Below, piece by piece: positions 57,884 to 64,000 of a DNA stretch of 64,000 nt. This stretch comes from Centroscyllium fabricii (Eukaryota), in assembly GCA_051313645.2 (NCBI GenBank), contig JBNRSN020000021.1:37882001-37946000 (forward strand), written 5' to 3'. Both the position numbers and the translations under genes were made by a program. Each line of letters opens with the position of its first letter. Within the stretch, counting starts at the first letter, position 1. The notes beneath the pieces were generated by a model, which was given only the letters and a program-made list of their open reading frames with translations, had not been told where the DNA came from and searched no databases.

Positions 57884-58099
57884 TTAATCCTTCCATGGTC
57901 TCATTTCACCTCCTCCTCCAGCCCAATAACGCTGCCTGTACAATCTGCTCTTCCAATTTTGGTCGACTGTGCATTAGTTCGGCTACATCAATGACACCAG
58001 AACCTTCAGCTATCCGCCCATGATACTTTGAAATTCTAACATCTATTCTTGCTATATATCTGTCCACCTTCTAAAGCCTCCTTAAAAGGTTACCACAAA

Positions 58100-58315
58100 A
58101 TATCCAAAAATCTATCAATCTCTATCTTCAATATACTCAATGAATGAGCATCTATAGCTCCCTGGGGTAGAGAATTCCAAAGATTCACAACCCTTTGAGC
58201 GTAGAAATTTCTCATCTCAGTCCAAAATGGCTGACCCTTTATTCTGAGACTGTGACCCCAAGTTCCAGACTCCCCAGCCAGGGGAGACATCCTCTCAGTG
58301 TCTACCCTGTCGAGC
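58100..58315 (-). mobile_element. CR1 fragment
   Basis: GHSLRIKG...QRVVNLWNSLP. Confidence 0.75.
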
Positions 58316-59109
58316 CCAGAAAGTTCACAACAGGTATATTCACAAGACGACATAGACTGGAGAACTCACGAGTGAGGGAAGTGGAGATTGATTTATGGTC
58401 ATGTCATGAATAGAAATGTTGATCTATCCTACTGATATCACACAGTTAAAATAGAAATTGAAATAATTTTTTTTGAAAACTAGCTGTTCCATTTTCAGAT
58501 CCCATGTGTGCAAACATTTCTATATGTATTATTCAGAGAATAATTTGAAGTTTTCTAAGCTGTGTTGGATTCACTGCTCAGAAAAGCTCACCAGGGGCCG
58601 GGGGGGGGCGGGGGGGGGGGGGGGGGGGGGGCGGGTGGGGGTACCTTATCTTTTTCAATAAGCTTTGCAGAGTAGAAGTGCCTCAGTGTCATTACCCTTG
58701 GGAACTCTCAACTTGATTGCATTAACTGACTCTTTCACTAACTCAAGTCACTCTGCATTACTGTTACCTTTAAAATGCACAAGCCAGTCACTGTATCATT
58801 ACATTACTTCTATATTTAATCTTCTGAGAATATAAATGGTAGATCCAAAACTGTAAGTGTTTTTAAGAGCCTTATTTTACTGCAGACATATGACACAAAT
58901 CTCAGTTGAGCTTATCACTTGCAGATGCACATGGTGTAAATTTGCTAATAGCTGATCACGTTGAATATGGGTTGTACAAGGGGGATAAACATACAAAAAC
59001 AGCCCAAGTTTTTGAAAATGATCACATTGATTGATTGATTATGTGTGTGTGAAACCCTTCTGGTCCTTCACGCAATTCCTCGTCAAGGCAAATGATCAAT
59101 AGTTAATAC

Positions 59110-60524
59110 CTGTTAGCATGCGTTAAAGATGAGCCAACTCCAGAGTCTCGCTCAGAATGGACTGCTGAGGGGTCCAATTCATTGACAGGCCTTTCAGCAC
59201 TATCCAGGTTATTAGCTGGTGCTTCCTCATTAACACACCCAAGGTGTTTCTCGATCTCCAGATGGATGTCCTTTGGAGAGGATGGGTAAGGAGAGGTCGA
59301 GTCATTTGTCGAATCTGATTCTCCTTCATCAGAAAACTTTTCTGTCCACTTGTTCACTAGTCTTTGGAGGTCATTCACATGCTCCATGACATCATCTAGT
59401 TCTGCAAACACATCATCATCAGCTGCATCTGCTACCTCTCCATTGTCCAGGTGAACGTGGACCCCTGGGACATTATCATAAATGCTCATCCGATTGTCCA
59501 ACAAATTATGGGAGTCGTGTCCACTATCTATCTCTTTTGAACTGCTCACCCTACTGTCCCTCCCAAATCTACCCCGACGATAACCATGGAAACTACCAGT
59601 TCTCCAATTTACTGAAGTGTTGTCTATCGGTAACAAAATGCCATGCTGAAGTGCTTTAGGAAATGTTCCCGGTTTGTGACCCTGTGGAATCTGAAAAATA
59701 AGATGATCATGTTGACCTTTCTCATTCATATAGTTCTGTTGGCCAACACTCCTGCAAGGTGGTGGAGCTGAATTAAAATTCTCCACATACATTCCACCTC
59801 GTTTTCTACCCAAGGTTTGGCTCCGTGTTCTTGGGACAGGGCTGGGTGTGCTCACAGTACTACTGTTTTCTGATTGACTGCTACTGCTGCAGGTTTGGGA
59901 GGAATAAGATAGGCTTTGTCCAAGAAAGGGCTCATCAAGCTCTTCAATGTCAACACAATTGAGATTTTTCAATTTTTCTTCATCAAATCCCTCTTGAAGC
60001 ACAGGTGCACTGATAAGTGGCCTGAGCTTTGGGTGGCTGCCCTTTTTCTGGCTTGAACTTCTTAATCGAAGCTTTTCCATTTTCTTTAACAAACCCTTCC
60101 CCTTCGTCTTTGAGCATTTTTTGGTGATCTTTTCATCAATGCTAAAACTCGAAAGCTCATTAGGGGATGGTGGGCCGCTGAAGGAAGAGTCTGCAGAAGG
60201 CAATTTAACTGAGGAACACCTTGAGGAACTTCGACTAGTCTCAAAATCTGTAATGTGGGTTTCAGAGTTCTTTGGTAAGCTGATACTATCACTGCCTCCA
60301 CTGCTGCTGCTGCTGTGAATTGATGACACCTCGTGCTTCTCTCCCATCTCCGGGAAAAGGAGATCATCGCTGTCGATGCTCTTCAAACATGGGCTACCAG
60401 GCAAGGAGATATTTTCTGGGTGAAAAAGCTCTAATGTCTCCACACGAGACCATCGCTTGTAGTCCCTTTGAAAAGTCCATTTATTGCTGATGGCACAAGG
60501 CTCTTCATCATCAGAATCATCGCT
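59110..60524 (-). CDS. DLC1/STARD13/STARD8-family RhoGAP-START protein, large serine-rich exon
   Basis: SDDSDDEEPCAISNKWTFQR, HKPGTFPKAL, SVNWRTGSFHG, MSIYDNVP (tensin-binding), LD-like motif ELDDVMEHV and RDSGVGSSLT; attcag acceptor and AG|gtatt donor. Confidence 0.92.
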
Positions 60525-60769
60525 CTGAATGTGGAAAAAGAAAAGAAGCAAGAATTGACTCTGCGCAAAGACTGATAAAAACAAATGCCAACACTCAACA
60601 TGAATCTTTGGTGAATTATTGAATTTCTTCTCATCTATCATGTTTCATTTTTATCATCAGGGCTGGGAGTGAGCAGAGCAAAATTTGCTCATAGTTATAT
60701 TCAAAGAAAACTTTAAACAGAATCCTCAACATGTAACATAATTGATTACATAAAATGAACAATAATTTG

Positions 60770-61430
60770 CATTTATATGGTGTTCTTCACATGCTGAAAT
60801 TTGTTTGTGTTTTCAAATAAGGAAAAAGCACTCTACAGGATAAAAGGAAAGATGGAGAAGCTAGCGAGGAATCGAAGGCATGGTTAAAAAATGATGTTTT
60901 GGAAAATGATTTTTTTTAAAGGAAGCAGGGCAAGGTAAACAGAACTGGGTAGAGAGTTCCCGAGGGGTGGAAAGTATAGGTTGGATGATCAGCTGCTGAT
61001 AGTGGAACAGAGGGAGGTAGGGGTGAGAAATTCAGCGTTAAGAGGAGCAGACAGTGCATGCTGGGATCATGATGCTGGTGTGGGATGAGCTGAAGCCATG
61101 GAGAGATTTAAAACAAGAATTTTGGCATCAATATGCTGAAGAATGGGTTGCCAGAAGAACTTGGGAGAGGTCAGCAGTGATGAAAGTGTGGGGCTTTGTG
61201 TGGGTGAGGACATGGTTTGTGGTGTCTTGGATGAGTTGAAACTTTGAGGGTTGAGGTGGGGAAGCCAGCTAGGAGGGTGGTAGAAACCTTGGATGATGAA
61301 GGCATGGTTTTTGGCAGTGGAAGGAGAGGAGGGTCTCATTGTAGAGATGGAAATAAAATCAGTTTTGCTAATGAAGCACGTGTGGAAAGGAAGCTGAGCT
61401 CAGGGTCCAGCAGGGTGTAACATTTCACAC
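60770..61430 (-). mobile_element. Highly decayed L2-like fragment
   Basis: Purine-rich + strand, TTTGCATTTATAT tail-like end, HAFIIQ remnant. Confidence 0.35.
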
Positions 61431-61549
61431 CCCGCAACAGTCTGAGATGGCAGCCTAGCATGATGAAGGGCGTTGAAGCTAGAAGCAATTAAAATAAGTG
61501 ATTTTGAAGTGGGAGAGTACATTTTATACATCTTACAAAATGAATTAAA

Positions 61550-63283
61550 TAGAAACATAGATGATAGGAGGAGTAGGCCATTCAGCCCCTCGATCCTGCT
61601 CCGCCATTCAATGAGATCATGGCTGATCATCCAAATTCAGTACCCTGTCCCTGCTTTCTCCCCATATCCTTTGATCCCTTTAGCCATAAGAAATATATCT
61701 AACTTCTTCTTGAATATATTTAATGAATAGGCCTCAACTGCCTTCTGTGGCAGAGAATTCCACAGGTTCACCACTCTGGGTGAAGAAATTCCTCCTCATC
61801 TCTGTCCTAAATGGCTTACCCCTTATCTTTAGACTGTGACCCCTGGTTCTGGACTCCCCCTGCATCTAGTCAGTCTAGTCCTGTTAGAATTTTATAAGTT
61901 TAAATGAGATCCCCTCTCATTCCTCTAAACTCCAGCGAATATAAGCCCAATTGACCCAATCTCTCCCCATAAGTCATTCCTGCTATCCCAGGTCTGGATG
62001 TTTGCTTCTAGCTTCAACTCCCTTTATCAGCCTGGTGAATCTTCACTGCACTCCCTCCATGGGAAGAACATCCTTCCTCAGATAAGGTGACCAAAACTGC
62101 ACACAGTACTCAAGGTGTGGTCTCACCAAGGCCCTGTACAACTGCAGCAAGACATCCTTGTTCCTGTACTCTAATCCTCTTGCTATGAAAGCCAACATAC
62201 CATTTGCCCCCTTAACCGCCTGCTGCACCTGCATGCTTACCTTCAGCGACTGGTGCACAAGGACACTCAGGTCTCTTTGCACTTCCCCCTTCTCCCAATC
62301 TATTGCCGCTCAGATAATAGTCTGCCTTCCTGTTTTTGCCGCGAAAGTGGATAACCTCACATTTATCCACATTATAGTGCATTTGCCATGTTTCTGCCCA
62401 ATCACCCAACCTGTCCAAATCATACTGGAATTTCTCAGCATCCTCCTCACAGCACACACGCCCACCCAGCTTTGTGTCATCTGCAAACTTGGAGATATTA
62501 CACCTTGTTCCCACGTCTAGATCATTAATATATATTGTGAATAGATGGTGTCCCAGCACCAATCCCTGCGGTACCCCACTAGTCACTGCCTGCCACTCGG
62601 AAGAAGACACGTTTTTTCCAATTCTTTCCTTCCTGTCAGCCAACCAGTTCTCTATCCAAGTCAGTACCTTACCCTCAATCCCATGTGCTTTAACTTTTCA
62701 CGCTAATCTCTTATGCGGGAACTTATCGAAAGCCTTCTGAAAGTCCAAGTACGCCACATCCACTGGTTCTCCCTTATCTATTCTACCAGCTACATCCTCA
62801 AAAAATTCCAGTAGATTAGTCAAGCACAATTTACCTTTTGTAAATCCATGTTGACTTTGTCCAATCCTGTCACTGTTTTCCAAGTGCTCTGCTATTACAT
62901 CTTTTATAATGGACTCTAGCATTTTTCTCACTACAGATGTCAGGCTTACTGGTCTGTAATTCCCCATTTTCTCTCTACCACCTTTTTTGAATAGTGGGGT
63001 TACATTAGCTACCCTCCAATCCATGGGAACTGTTCCAGTCTATAGAATTTTGGAAGATGACCAGCAATGCATCTACTATTTCTTGGGCCACTTTAAGTAC
63101 CCTAGGCTCACTTTAAGTACCCTAGGCTGTAGATTATCAGGCCCTGGGGATTTATTGGCCTTAAATCCCATCAATTTCCCTAACACCATTTCCCTACAAA
63201 TACTGATTTCATCCAGTTCCTCCCTATGTTCCCCAACATCTCTGGAAGGCTATTTGTATCTTCCTTTGTGAAGACAGAACCAA
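61550..63283 (-). mobile_element. CR1 ORF2 3' half with frameshifts
   Basis: DWRVANVTPLFKKG, DFQKAFDK, KFADDTKLG and RPHLEYCVQFWSP plus tail. Confidence 0.9.
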
Positions 63284-63681
63284 TGGGGGGTATTTTCATG
63301 TCCCCGTGAGGTGGGGTTTTGGGCGGCCCGGCCAGCAAAATAGCAGAACCGGCGGGTCGCGCCCCTCCCCACTGGATCTCCGCCGCTTTCTCATTTTCCC
63401 CTGCCCAGATTCCCCGCCCCGAAACCTTCCCACCGTCGACCGGCGGGGATGGGTTGTTACCTCGTTAAGGGCCCTTAATTGGCATTTTTAATGCCATTTT
63501 AAGGGCCCTCAGCCATTTTGCCCTGTTTCCGCCCTAACCCCGCCACCTTGAACCCCGCTGGGTGAAACCCAGCGGGAGCACAGCGCTGGTTATAACTTCT
63601 GGACTATAACCTGGTGTTGTGTGACTTCCTGAATTTATTACTTTCTCCTTTAAGGTGTGAAGGACATGCGGCCAAATGCTT

Positions 63682-63848
63682 TGATGTGGAGGTGCCGGTG
63701 TTGGACTGGGGTGGACAAATGCAAGAAGTCACACACCAGGTTATAGTTCAACAGTTTTATTTTAAATCACAAGCAGCTGCTCCGAAAGCTTGTGATTTAA
63801 AATAAAACTATTGGACTATAACCTGGTGTTGTGTGACTTCTTGCATTT
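63682..63848. mobile_element. Penelope-type palindromic element (family B)
   Basis: Inverted arms; 11-bp TSD GCCAAATGCTT at 63671-63681 and 63849-63859; hammerhead 3' half GCTCC GAAAGCTT GTGA. Confidence 0.75.
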
Positions 63849-64000
63849 GCCAAATGCTTGGCATGCCTCCAGCACCTTAGAGGAGATAGTAACTCCGTTC
63901 TGGCTTCAGTATCAGCTGAGAACAGAAACTGAGCAATCTCAGTTCTCACAATGGCCTCACAGCCGGTGCGAGCTGTGAGGGATTCGGAGCCCGCCCGCCC

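Noticed and set aside
58594-58641. Long G-run (G-quadruplex-like)
   Set aside because: Low-complexity homopolymer prone to sequencing error; no other support
63089-63128. 20-nt tandem duplication CACTTTAAGTACCCTAGGCT
   Set aside because: Ordinary local duplication within a decayed CR1

Overview
Vertebrate DNA; the repeat content (HE1/V-SINEs, SacSINE1-like SINE, abundant CR1) points to a cartilaginous fish. Two host genes converge tail to tail. On + are the last three coding exons of cytosolic arginyl-tRNA synthetase RARS1 (1-8245). On - are ten coding exons of a DLC1/STARD13/STARD8-family RhoGAP-START gene (60524 down to 13776; its 5' exons lie beyond the window). One 24-kb intron of that gene holds a 22-kb stack of four nested LTR elements, each delimited by its own TSD. 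A is a non-autonomous Gypsy gag-protease element. B is a Gypsy with a YLDN RT motif and no tRNA PBS. D and C are related long-LTR elements; C has a dual-RNase-H, retrovirus-like Pol and no env. The introns also carry a CR1 with intact ORF2, many CR1/L2/SINE fragments, solo LTRs, MITEs and Penelope-type palindromic elements with minimal hammerhead ribozyme cores. The most unusual observations are: (i) in C and D the tRNA-Arg(UCG) PBS is also the first Gag codons, and the two elements match different isodecoders; (ii) in B the PBS position is complementary to the element's own LTR poly(A) signal, suggesting tRNA-independent self-priming. All analysis was by eye; family names and tRNA matches rest on recalled sequences, not database searches.
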